Source: a virus (taxonomy: Duplodnaviria > Heunggongvirae > Uroviricota > Caudoviricetes). From it: a DNA stretch of 27,026 nt. Each line of letters starts with the position of its first letter. Position 1 is the stretch's first letter. Position numbers and translations under genes: made by a program. Shown here piece after piece: positions 1 through 9,243 of the stretch. The stretch lies in the IMG/VR virus record IMGVR_UViG_2690316099_000006; one strand, 5' to 3'. Under the pieces are notes generated by a model. That model was not told the origin of the DNA. It did no database searches and was given only the letters and a program-made list of their open reading frames with translations.

Positions 1-27
1 AAACCTCGGTTTACAGGAAACGGTAAA
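1..27 (+). other. Gin/Pin-family crossover site copy (gix/pix-like), truncated by window edge
   Basis: AAACCTCGGTTTACAGGAAACGGTAAA at the start of tail-fibre cassette 1. Positions 3-27 are the exact reverse complement of 4534-4558. Resembles the Mu gix half-site as I recall it (..AAACCTCGGTTTACAGGAA). Confidence 0.5.
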
Positions 28-1118
28 CAAGGCTGGTAACGCCGTGCAAAAAAATGGCGATACGTTGTCCGGTGGACTTACTTTTGAAAACGACTCAATC
101 CTTGCCTGGATTCGAAATACTGACTGGGCAAAGATTGGGTTTAAAAATAATTCGGATGCAGACACCGATTCCTACATGTGGTTTGAAACAGGCAACAACG
201 GCAATGAATATTTCAAATGGAGACACCGCATCATTGGCACCCGGCCTAAAGACCTGATGAATCTTAAATGGAATGCTTTGTCTGTTCTTGTTGAAGCCCT
301 TTTCAGCAGTGAAGTGAAAATATCGACAGTCAATGCACTGAGGATATTTAATTCATCTTTTGGTGCCATTTTTCGTCGTTCTGAAGAATGCCTGCATATC
401 ATCCCTACACGAGAGAATGAAGGGGAAAATGGTAATATAGGGCCACTACGCCCCTTTACGCTTAATCTCAGAACTGGCCGGATAAGCATGGGGCATGGTC
501 TTGATGTTACAGGGGATATATTTGCAAACCGTTTTGNNNNNNNNNNNNNNNNNNNNNNNNNNNNNNNNNNNNNNNNNNNNNNNNNNNNNNNNNNNNNNNN
601 NNNNNNNNNNNNNNNNNNNNNNNNNNNNNNNNNNNNNNNNNNNNNNNNNNNNNNNNNNNNNNNNNNNNNNNNNNNNNNNNNNNNNNNNNNNNNNNNNNNN
701 NNNNNNNNNNNNNNNNNNNNNNNNNNNNNNNNNNNNNNNNNNNNNNNNNNNNNNNNNNNNNNNNNNNNNNNNNNNNNNNNNNNNNNNNNNNNNNNNNNNN
801 NNNNNNNNNNNNNNNNNNNNNNNNNNNNNNNNNNNNNNNNNNNNNNNNNNNNNNNNNNNNNNNNNNNNNNNNNNNNNNNNNNNNNNNNNNNNNNNNNNNN
901 NNNNNNNNNNNNNNNNNNNNNNNNNNNNNNNNNNNNNNNNNNNNNNNNNNNNNNNNNNNNNNNAAACATGGAATTTTCAGTGCCCGTCAGGCTATGTACT
1001 GACGGGGATTAACGTACAGGATACCGGAAAAAACTCTGCCGATAATATTGCAGGCGTTCATTACAGGCCAGTGCAAAAGTATATAAATGGCACTTGGTAT
1101 AATGTGGCGAGTATTTAA
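2..1118 (+). CDS. H: Tail fibre protein C-terminal variable cassette 1 (P2 gpH C-terminal homologue); 5-prime end outside window, interior 537-963 masked
   Basis: Frame from position 2 translates [47 protein letters not shown]..., matching the P2 H region after residue ~400. It ends ...[17 protein letters not shown] at stop 1116-1118, like the P2 H C-terminus. Confidence 0.8.
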
Positions 1119-1119
1119 T

Positions 1120-1647
1120 ATGATGCACTTAAAGAACATAAAAGCAGGTAATGCTAAAACAGTGGAGCAGTATGAGTTAACAAAGAAGCACGGAGTCATC
1201 TGGCTTTACTCTGAGGACGGAAAAAACTGGTATGAGGAAGTGAAGAACTTTCAGCCAGACACAATAAAGATTGTTTACGATGCAAATAATATTATTGTCG
1301 CCATCACCAAAGATGCCTCCACGCTTAACCCTGAAGGTTATAGCGTCGTTGAGGTTCCTGATATTACAGCTAATCGTCGTGCTGATGATTCCGGTAAGTG
1401 GATGTTTAAGGACGGAGCTGTGGTTAAACGGATTTATACGGCTGACGAACAGCAACAACAGGCCGAATCACAAAAGGCCGCATTGCTTTCCGAAGCTGAA
1501 TCAGTCATCCAGCCGCTGGAACGCGCTGTCAGGCTGAATATGGCGACGGACGAGGAACGCACACGACTGGAAGCATGGGAACGCTACAGTGTTCTGGTCA
1601 GCCGTGTGGATACGGCAAAGCCAGAATGGCCACAAAAGCCTGAGTAA
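1120..1647 (+). CDS. G: Tail fibre assembly chaperone (P2 gpG-like) for cassette 1
   Basis: [23 protein letters not shown]...[52 protein letters not shown]... is near-identical to P2 G as recalled. Start sits 2 nt after the cassette stop. Confidence 0.9.
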   Translation: MMHLKNIKAGNAKTVEQYELTKKHGVIWLYSEDGKNWYEEVKNFQPDTIKIVYDANNIIVAITKDASTLNPEGYSVVEVPDITANRRADDSGKWMFKDGAVVKRIYTADEQQQQAESQKAALLSEAESVIQPLERAVRLNMATDEERTRLEAWERYSVLVSRVDTAKPEWPQKPE

Positions 1648-1652
1648 AAATT

Positions 1653-1672
1653 AAGGCCCGATATCGGGCCTT
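1653..1672. terminator. Perfect 20-bp palindrome AAGGCCCGATATCGGGCCTT between convergent chaperone genes; candidate bidirectional terminator
   Basis: Lies between the stop of G (1647) and the stop of the minus-strand chaperone (1676), flanked by A/T-rich sequence. Confidence 0.5.
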
Positions 1673-1675
1673 GTT

Positions 1676-2209
1676 TCATTCTGGTTGTTCGGGAAACGTT
1701 ACTGGCAGGCTGGAGGTGTCTGTGGATTCGACCTTCTGCGCATAGAGCATCCACTCGGTTAATTTTTGTTTATTCTCGTCGGAAATAATGCCCAGCCGTA
1801 GCTGTGAGTCCCATAGCTGGGTTTTATCCCTGACGAGCTGTAGCAGGCTTTGCTTTTCATTTTCCGCTTGTTGCCTCTGCTCTTCCCCGGTATAAGTTCG
1901 CTTTATCACTACGCCATCTTTGAACATCCATTTACCTGAAATATCAGCCCGGCGATTTGCTGTAATATCAGGAACCTCAACGACGCTTGCGCCTTCCGGA
2001 TTAATTGCTGAAACATCCTTTTCAATACAAATAATAACGCCGTTGTGGTCATAGACCATTTTCAACGTATCAGGCTGAAAGTTCTTTTGTTCCTCATACC
2101 AGTTTTTCCCATCCTCTGTATAAAGCCATTTGATGTTAAATTGTTTCGTTAGCTGGTATTGCTCTTTTGTTTCAGGATTACCAGCAGAAATGTTTTTTAA
2201 GTGCATCAT
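1676..2209 (-). CDS. Tail fibre assembly chaperone (second, divergent allele) for cassette 2
   Basis: MMHLKNISAGNPETKEQYQLTKQ...[41 protein letters not shown]... has the same N-terminal and core motifs as G with a divergent C-terminus. Convergent with G. Confidence 0.9.
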   Translation of the reverse strand: MMHLKNISAGNPETKEQYQLTKQFNIKWLYTEDGKNWYEEQKNFQPDTLKMVYDHNGVIICIEKDVSAINPEGASVVEVPDITANRRADISGKWMFKDGVVIKRTYTGEEQRQQAENEKQSLLQLVRDKTQLWDSQLRLGIISDENKQKLTEWMLYAQKVESTDTSSLPVTFPEQPE

Positions 2210-2211
2210 CG

Positions 2212-3748
2212 TTAAATACTCCCCGCGTTATACCACGTCCCATTAATGCAATACTGAATTGGCCTTGCCTGAGTTGTATCAATTAGTTCATCTCTGTTTG
2301 AGTTAACGGAACCGGTAACAACATAACCTGACCTGTCAGACCATCCGGGACCATTCCATGTCTGAACAGATAACAGACCACCAAGGCGAATACCTGTAAT
2401 AAACCTTGAGTTACATTCTGCCTGCGTATATGCACCAACATCTCCCGCAGAGGGTTTGCGGGTTGTGGTGTAAAACTCTGACCAGTCAGCTTCAAAGCCA
2501 TAACCATCACGCGCTGAACGATAAAAAATACCNNNNNNNNNNNNNNNNNNNNNNNNNNNNNNNNNNNNCCGTTCCTGTAATTCACGCGGAACTGTACAGC
2601 AGGGCAGCTCCCCGTATTCATATTGAAGTGGAGGATTAATGTCGATGCGCCACCAATGTTTGCGTTATAGACCCCGCTATTCCAGTTCCAGCCAACAGCT
2701 TTATCATTTCCGACAGTGCTTCCTGTTTGCCCNNNNNNNNNNNNNNNNNNNNNNNNNNNNNNNNNNNNNNNNNNNNNNNNNNNNNNNNNNNNNNNNNNNN
2801 NNNNNNNNNNNNNNNNNNNNNNNNNNNNNNNNNNNNNNNNNNNNNNNNNNNNNNNNNNNNNNNNNNNNNNNNNNNNNNNNNNNNNNNNNNNNNNNNNNNN
2901 NNNNNNNNNNNNNNNNNNNNNNNNNNNNNNNNNNNNNNNNNNNNNNNNNNNNNNNNNNNNNNNNNNNNNNNNNNNNNNNNNNNNNNNNNNNNNNNNNNNN
3001 NNNNNNNNNNNNNNNNNNNNNNNNNNNNNNNNNNNNNNNNNNNNNNNNNNNNNNNNNNNNNNNNNNNNNNNNNNNNNNNNNNNNNNNNNNNNNNNNNNNN
3101 NNNNNNNNNNNNNNNNNNNNNNNNNNNNNNNNNNNNNNNNNNNNNNNNNNNNNNNNNNNNNNNNNNNNNNNNNNNNNNNNNNNNNNNNNNNNNNNNNNNN
3201 NNNNNNNNNNNNNNNNNNNNNNNNNNNNNNNNNNNNNNNNNNNNNNNNNNNNNNNNNNNNNNNNNNNNNNNNNNNNNNNNNNNNNNNNNNNNNNNNNNNN
3301 NNNNNNNNNNNNNNNNNNNNNNNNNNNNNNNNNNNNNNNNNNNNNNNNNNNNNNNNNNNNNNNNNNNNNNNNNNNNNNNNNNNNNNNNNNNNNNNNNNNN
3401 NNNNNNNNNNNNNNNNNNNNNNNNNNNNNNNNNNNNNNNNNNNNNNNNNNNNNNNNNNNNNNNNNNNNNNNNNNNNNNNNNNNNNNNNNNNNNNNNNNNN
3501 NNNNNNNNNNNNNNNNNNNNNNNNNNNNNNNNNNNNNNNNNNNNNNNNNNNNNNNNNNNNNNNNNNNNNNNNNNNNNNNNNNNNNNNNNNNNNNNNNNNN
3601 NNNNNNNNNNNNNNNNNNNNNNNNNNNNNNNNNNNNATTTTGGCCCCGTGGCTGACAGATATAGCACCTGTTCTCAGATTTATAGCGAATGGCCTTAATG
3701 GGCCGATATTACCGTTTTCGCCTTGTCCTTCAGCCGTCGGAATGAAAT
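2212..3748 (-). CDS. Tail fibre C-terminal variable cassette 2 (inverted, promoterless); upstream limit hidden in mask 3749-4074
   Basis: Hand translation of the minus strand 2532 to 2212 gives ...GYVVTGSVNSNRDELIDTTQARPIQYCINGTWYNAGSI with a stop at 2212-2214. Further upstream, 3637-3748 encodes [36 protein letters not shown], parallel to [27 protein letters not shown] in cassette 1. The reading frame changes across masked blocks. Confidence 0.7.
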
Positions 3749-4076
3749 NNNNNNNNNNNNNNNNNNNNNNNNNNNNNNNNNNNNNNNNNNNNNNNNNNNN
3801 NNNNNNNNNNNNNNNNNNNNNNNNNNNNNNNNNNNNNNNNNNNNNNNNNNNNNNNNNNNNNNNNNNNNNNNNNNNNNNNNNNNNNNNNNNNNNNNNNNNN
3901 NNNNNNNNNNNNNNNNNNNNNNNNNNNNNNNNNNNNNNNNNNNNNNNNNNNNNNNNNNNNNNNNNNNNNNNNNNNNNNNNNNNNNNNNNNNNNNNNNNNN
4001 NNNNNNNNNNNNNNNNNNNNNNNNNNNNNNNNNNNNNNNNNNNNNNNNNNNNNNNNNNNNNNNNNNNNNNNNNNAT

Positions 4077-4155
4077 GAACAAATATTTGAAGATAAATTA
4101 AGCGGAACAAGGACAGGCCGACCTGGATTAAAACGTGCTTTAAAGCGCCTTCAAA
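4077..4155 (+). CDS. Serine DNA invertase (Gin/Pin/Cin/Hin family), visible N-terminal segment only; start estimated near 3996 inside the mask, 3-prime part masked or absent
   Basis: Plus frame gives EQIFEDKLSGTRTGRPGLKRALKRLQ, near-identical to Gin/Pin residues ~28-53 as recalled (EQIFEDKLSGTRTDRPGLKRALKRLQ). Confidence 0.75.
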
Positions 4156-4447
4156 NNNNNNNNNNNNNNNNNNNNNNNNNNNNNNNNNNNNNNNNNNNNN
4201 NNNNNNNNNNNNNNNNNNNNNNNNNNNNNNNNNNNNNNNNNNNNNNNNNNNNNNNNNNNNNNNNNNNNNNNNNNNNNNNNNNNNNNNNNNNNNNNNNNNN
4301 NNNNNNNNNNNNNNNNNNNNNNNNNNNNNNNNNNNNNNNNNNNNNNNNNNNNNNNNNNNNNNNNNNNNNNNNNNNNNNNNNNNNNNNNNNNNNNNNNNNN
4401 NNNNNNNNNNNNNNNNNNNNNNNNNNNNNNNNNNNNNNNNNNNNNNN

Positions 4448-5567
4448 GGCAGGCACCAATATTTTTGGTGAAGGTATCTTTCCCCGGAATATCTGCGCCG
4501 TTCTGGTTTTTCTGTAATGCGCCAGAAGCCTGATTTACCGTTTCCTGTAAACCGAGGTATTCGATAACGGCGGCAACGGTCGATTTCGCAAGAATATCCC
4601 GCCCGACTTTTGTCAGGGTTGCCAGGCTGGCGACATCATTCCCCGTAAAATACGGAAACCTGTCTGCCGCAGTAGCAAGCCCCGCCAGCGCCGTCAGAGT
4701 GGCATCTTTCGGTTGCTTACCCGCAAGCGCGTTAGTCATGGTGGTCGCAAAATTCGGGTCGTTGCCCAGCGCCGCCGCCAGCTCGTTCAGTGTGTTCAGT
4801 GCATCAGGCGAAGAGTCTACAAGTGCGGCAATCGCAGCCATAACGAAAGCCGTGCTTGCGATTTGGGTATTATTCGTTCCCTGTCGCGCAGTTGGTGTTG
4901 TTGGCGTTCCGGTCAGTGCCGGGCTGTTTAATGGGGCTTTCTTGTTCGTTTCATCCATTACTGCCTTAACGGCTTTTGGTGTCGCTGCCAGCGTTTCAGA
5001 CGTGCTGTTGGTGGCGTTGCTGAGCTGGACAAGGCCTTTTGCGGTCAGCGAGGCGTCCGGGTGACGTCGTGACTGTTCATGCTCTTTCAGTTTGTCATCC
5101 ACGTAATTCACTGTGGCCATCACCATGGTGTTATCCACGGTAAGCGCCACAGTGGCAGTGCTGGATACGGTCAGAATGGTGCGAAATGTTTGTGCACGTC
5201 CGGATCCTTCGGCAACGGTTGGCTTGTAACTTTCGGCAGTATTGCCTACCGCGATCAAATCGCCGTGCTCATCAAACACACCAATTTCCCGGATCCAGAA
5301 TCCGCCCGTTTCAGGAGGAATAACCAGCTCCGCAATAATGTGGTTCTGATGTGTTGCGTCCAGGGTGACGCGATTAACGGTATGTCGCCACACCTCATGC
5401 ACAAGACGGGTCTGCTTACTGTCTGGCGTGGGTAAAGTACCGCCGCCGTCACCCACGGCCATATGTGTCAGGCGGACAGGTTTCCCATCTGGCGCGGTTG
5501 CCTGCGCTAATTTTTTTGCACCCGTATCGGTGATAATGGTTTTAAATTTTCGTGTTGTGGTACTCAT
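4448..5567 (-). CDS. H: Tail fibre protein H, N-terminal constant region plus crossover junction; 3-prime end hidden in mask 4156-4447
   Basis: MSTTTRKFKTIITDTGAKKLAQATAPDGKPVRLTHMAVGDGGG...SETLAATPKAVKAVMDETNKKAPLNSPALTGTPTTPTARQGTNNTQIA...[14 protein letters not shown] matches P2 H closely. After ETVN it diverges into QASGALQKNQNGADIPGKDTFTKNIGAC. Confidence 0.85.
4542..4567 (-). other. Gin/Pin-family crossover site (gix/pix-like) inside H at the constant/variable junction
   Basis: Plus strand TTCCTGTAAACCGAGGTATTCGATAA; minus strand reads TTATCGAATACCTCGGTTTACAGGAA, an imperfect 26-bp dyad close to the gix consensus as I recall it. It encodes VIEYLGLQE. Inverted relative to the copy at 1-27. 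Confidence 0.6.
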
Positions 5568-5569
5568 GC

Positions 5570-6133
5570 TTAATCGTCCGGATAAATGGTAATGACTTCA
5601 CCGTCGTAAGTTGCTGCTGCCGCGAAAATATCTCCCTGAATCTCCTGAATGATATTCAGCCCTGTCATGTGGCGGCTGACCGGGCGGGCATCAGCAATCA
5701 ACCGCTCCATTTCCAGATACATTTCCTCCGTCACGCCACTGTCCAGCGTGCCAACATCAATCTTGAATGTTCCGGGTTCGCCGTTGAACTCCCACCACTC
5801 AGACACGCGAATGAGGTATCCCAGCGGCTCAATGGCCCGTCGCAGGGCGCTGATGGTTCCTTTGTGTCGGTGTATCAGCCATGCATCACGAATCACCTGT
5901 CGCTTTGTCTCTTCCGGCCAGTTGCGATCCCAGCGGTCAACGGAAAACGCCCAGGCGAGATAAGGCAGCAGATGCACCGGGCAGGTGTCCGGCGACCACA
6001 GCGTGTTGAGGTCTGCCGGAATGTCTGTAATGCGTGTTCCGACGGCTTCGGCACAACGCATGAAATTGCTGGCTGATGGTGGTAACAGTGAATTACTCAT
6101 TACGCCCACCTTCGCTGATGGTGAATGACTCAC
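5570..6133 (-). CDS. I: Baseplate assembly protein (P2 gpI-like)
   Basis: 187-aa ORF immediately upstream of H; position and size fit P2 I. Confidence 0.8.
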   Translation of the reverse strand: MSHSPSAKVGVMSNSLLPPSASNFMRCAEAVGTRITDIPADLNTLWSPDTCPVHLLPYLAWAFSVDRWDRNWPEETKRQVIRDAWLIHRHKGTISALRRAIEPLGYLIRVSEWWEFNGEPGTFKIDVGTLDSGVTEEMYLEMERLIADARPVSRHMTGLNIIQEIQGDIFAAAATYDGEVITIYPDD

Positions 6134-6989
6134 AGCGCGCCGCCTGTATGTCGCTGATGGCCATATTCTGTGTGGGTTCGATTATCTCCACGCGTTGCAC
6201 ACCGTGCACATGCAGTGCGGCAGCAATGGCGGACAACGCCACGTCCTGACCGATAAGCCCCTGCTCAGCCAGCCACTTCCTGAACGACGATTCAGCCGCA
6301 GCCAGAATAGGTTCGGATTCCGGACCGGGGTAAAAGTACAGTTTTGCATTCAGCCGCCATGTCACGATTCTGGCACTCTGTACGGTCAGGCGGTCGGCCA
6401 CCGGGCGGGTATCCTCTGCATTCAGAACGGCGCGAACGGTATTAAGCAACGCCTCCGTTGCTGTGCCGTCGCCCTCAGTGGACAGGATGGAAACCGTCAC
6501 ATTTGCCGGAGACGGACTGATGGCCCGCGCATCGCGCACCAGACCGCTGGCGCTGCGGGCAAAATACTCGTATGCGCCTGACGGGCCTGCAACACTCAGG
6601 CCGTCATACGCCCGCTGCGCCCGCAGTCTCAGCGAGGTGTCGTTCTCCATCACCACGTCGGTGGTATCCGTTGCCGGAGTGATAACCAGGCGCTTTGTGT
6701 TCATATTGCCCGCGAGGTTGTCCAGGTCTGTTCCGGCGCTGTGGCTCAACATGCAGGCGCGTGCGGCCTCATTGACCCGCTGGCGTAACAGCATTTCACG
6801 AAACGACATGGTTTGAGCGATAACGTTCAGGGGTTCCGATTCCAGTTCCAGTGCGGCGGAGACGACTTCACGCTGTTCGGCGGGATAAGCTGCAATCATC
6901 ATGGCCTTTGTGTCAGCCAGAATTGCCTCAAAGTCAGGCTCCGCGATGATGGCGGGTTCCGGTAACTGGGAAAGGTCAACGGCAGGCAT
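6093..6989 (-). CDS. J: Baseplate protein J
   Basis: 298 aa. MPAVDLSQLPEP...RQRVNEAARA...GLSVAGPSGAYEYFARSA...RPVADRLTVQSA...YFYPGPESEPI... matches P2 J. Confidence 0.85.
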   Translation of the reverse strand: MPAVDLSQLPEPAIIAEPDFEAILADTKAMMIAAYPAEQREVVSAALELESEPLNVIAQTMSFREMLLRQRVNEAARACMLSHSAGTDLDNLAGNMNTKRLVITPATDTTDVVMENDTSLRLRAQRAYDGLSVAGPSGAYEYFARSASGLVRDARAISPSPANVTVSILSTEGDGTATEALLNTVRAVLNAEDTRPVADRLTVQSARIVTWRLNAKLYFYPGPESEPILAAAESSFRKWLAEQGLIGQDVALSAIAAALHVHGVQRVEIIEPTQNMAISDIQAARCESFTISEGGRNE

Positions 6990-6992
6990 GAT

Positions 6993-7343
6993 TTACTCCC
7001 TCAGCGTGATGGTTAATTCAACATTCTGCATGGTCTGCATGACAGTGCCCGACAGCGTCACCCCGGCGTGGCCTCCTGCCTTCCAGACAACGTCGATGGC
7101 GTTCAGGGCAATGCGTGGTTCCCATCGTGTCAGTGCAATCACGGTAGCACTCATGCATTGCAGACGCGTGGTGTTATTCATGGGTTCGTCAATCAAATCA
7201 GGCACAAGGCTGCCATATTCCCGTCGCATAACCCGGCTTGCCAGCGGGGTGGTCAGGATGTCCCTGACTGACTGTTTCAGGTGCGCCATATCGTTCAGGT
7301 TTCCCGTCCCGTCCGGGTTCATTCCTGTGTAGCGGGTTGTCAC
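6993..7343 (-). CDS. W: Baseplate wedge protein W (gp25-like)
   Basis: 116 aa, position between V and J, size equals P2 W. Confidence 0.8.
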   Translation of the reverse strand: MTTRYTGMNPDGTGNLNDMAHLKQSVRDILTTPLASRVMRREYGSLVPDLIDEPMNNTTRLQCMSATVIALTRWEPRIALNAIDVVWKAGGHAGVTLSGTVMQTMQNVELTITLRE

Positions 7344-7921
7344 TGCGGGCCTCCTGTCGAATCGCTGCCACCTTTAACGCCACCGTGCTTATGCGTATGC
7401 ACTGTGATGCCGTTTGAGGTGAAATCGCCGCCGCTGTGCGTGATATTGCCGCTCATCGTTCCCCCTTTTGTGACGTCAAGCGTCGCTGTTCTCAGAAGGT
7501 CTGTGCATTCCACGACAGGCGTGTTCAGTGTCACGCTGATGGATGCCTGCAAAGTGGCCGTTTTCATGCCGCTTGCGCTCAGTGCGCCTGCGTCCGCGTC
7601 GTAGCGGAACACCGCGCCGTCCGGCGCGCTGACCACGATTTCTTTCAGGCTTTTGCCGGGTGCCGGAATGGCATCACTCCACAGGCTGCCGATTATCATG
7701 GCGGTTTCCGGGTTGCCGCCGATGCAGGCAATTGCCACCTGTTCGCCTGGTGATGGCGGAAACCACACGTTGAAGTCTCCCGCGCGCGTGGTGTTCCAGC
7801 GCAGCCAGCCTGTTTCCAGTTCGCCGCTGCGAACGCGCACGCACCAGGATTCCTCATCAACTTCAGAGATGATCCCGGTGCGGATGATATTGCTCAGCAG
7901 TCGCATGAGTTCTGCGCTCAT
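7340..7921 (-). CDS. V: Baseplate spike/hub protein V
   Basis: ...IRTGIISEVDEE...RVRSGELETGWLRW...VTKGGTMSGNITHSGGDFTSNGITVHTHKHGG... matches P2 V (..QKGGTMRGNIEHTGGELSSNGKVLHTHKH..). Confidence 0.85.
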   Translation of the reverse strand: MSAELMRLLSNIIRTGIISEVDEESWCVRVRSGELETGWLRWNTTRAGDFNVWFPPSPGEQVAIACIGGNPETAMIIGSLWSDAIPAPGKSLKEIVVSAPDGAVFRYDADAGALSASGMKTATLQASISVTLNTPVVECTDLLRTATLDVTKGGTMSGNITHSGGDFTSNGITVHTHKHGGVKGGSDSTGGPQ

Positions 7922-8458
7922 CGTACAGCCTCCGCAATCCGGCCCAGCACCGTGTTATAAATCAGGCGCTCATCTGCCTGGCTGATACCCAGCAGCTCAC
8001 GTACCGGGTAATCGGTGAAAATGCCCGGCGCAACCTGATCGCGCTCACCGAACTGATGAACGCGTGCAATACGTGCGGCCACGCCGCTGTAACCCACCGT
8101 CACACCGGAAGCATCTGCACGGGCTTTCAGGTAGCGGGCGGTGCGCAGTTTTACGAACATGGAGACGCGCCTGGTGCTGTCCTGGTTGATGCGCCGGGTG
8201 CGTATTTCCAGAAAACGGTCGATGTCATCCCGGTAAAACGTGCGGATATTGTTTTTATCCTCATCCCACCCGGTGATGGTTCGCCCGTATTTCCCCGTGT
8301 CGTGATGCCAGTTTTTCAGCGTGCGTGCTTCGTTATTCCAGATAAAGCGAATGCGCTCCTGTATCCGGGTTACGCGGCGTCTGCGTGGTGTCCATGCGGT
8401 CCCGTCCGGCGCTTTCTGTGACCGGATACGCGCCTGCTGGGCGCGGCGTAAATCCTGT
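7918..8458 (-). CDS. S: Tail completion / virion morphogenesis protein (P2 gpS-like); 5-prime end in mask, where gene R is presumably also hidden
   Basis: Minus frame is open from the mask edge to the stop at 7918. Position between V and the lysis genes matches P2 S/R. Family assignment is by synteny more than sequence. Confidence 0.5.
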
Positions 8459-9243
8459 NNNNNNNNNNNNNNNNNNNNNNNNNNNNNNNNNNNNNNNNNN
8501 NNNNNNNNNNNNNNNNNNNNNNNNNNNNNNNNNNNNNNNNNNNNNNNNNNNNNNNNNNNNNNNNNNNNNNNNNNNNNNNNNNNNNNNNNNNNNNNNNNNN
8601 NNNNNNNNNNNNNNNNNNNNNNNNNNNNNNNNNNNNNNNNNNNNNNNNNNNNNNNNNNNNNNNNNNNNNNNNNNNNNNNNNNNNNNNNNNNNNNNNNNNN
8701 NNNNNNNNNNNNNNNNNNNNNNNNNNNNNNNNNNNNNNNNNNNNNNNNNNNNNNNNNNNNNNNNNNNNNNNNNNNNNNNNNNNNNNNNNNNNNNNNNNNN
8801 NNNNNNNNNNNNNNNNNNNNNNNNNNNNNNNNNNNNNNNNNNNNNNNNNNNNNNNNNNNNNNNNNNNNNNNNNNNNNNNNNNNNNNNNNNNNNNNNNNNN
8901 NNNNNNNNNNNNNNNNNNNNNNNNNNNNNNNNNNNNNNNNNNNNNNNNNNNNNNNNNNNNNNNNNNNNNNNNNNNNNNNNNNNNNNNNNNNNNNNNNNNN
9001 NNNNNNNNNNNNNNNNNNNNNNNNNNNNNNNNNNNNNNNNNNNNNNNNNNNNNNNNNNNNNNNNNNNNNNNNNNNNNNNNNNNNNNNNNNNNNNNNNNNN
9101 NNNNNNNNNNNNNNNNNNNNNNNNNNNNNNNNNNNNNNNNNNNNNNNNNNNNNNNNNNNNNNNNNNNNNNNNNNNNNNNNNNNNNNNNNNNNNNNNNNNN
9201 NNNNNNNNNNNNNNNNNNNNNNNNNNTGGCCCGCTTATCGGCG

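Noticed and set aside
172-969. Long ORFs consisting largely of X residues (for example 172..969 minus, 2636..3667, 2639..3655, 2716..4101, 2727..3698, 8321..9268, 8385..9302, 18448..19347, 18462..19364, 18569..19915)
   Set aside because: They are open only because N-runs cannot contain stop codons. The flanking real residues are antisense or out of frame relative to recognised genes.
2283-4082. The 599-aa minus ORF as a single tail-fibre gene
   Set aside because: It spans three masked blocks with frame changes and overlaps the antisense of the invertase segment. The real cassette C-terminus is in another frame (2212-2532).
4140-4447. Treating the H ORF 3-prime end at the listed stop (4140) as real
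   Set aside because: That stop lies antisense to the invertase coding segment and is reached only through 292 masked bases, so the true H 3-prime end is unknown.
5552-6133. Plus-strand ORFs 5552..6076 and 5649..5963 overlapping gene I
   Set aside because: Antisense to a well-supported baseplate gene; composition is typical of spurious antisense frames.
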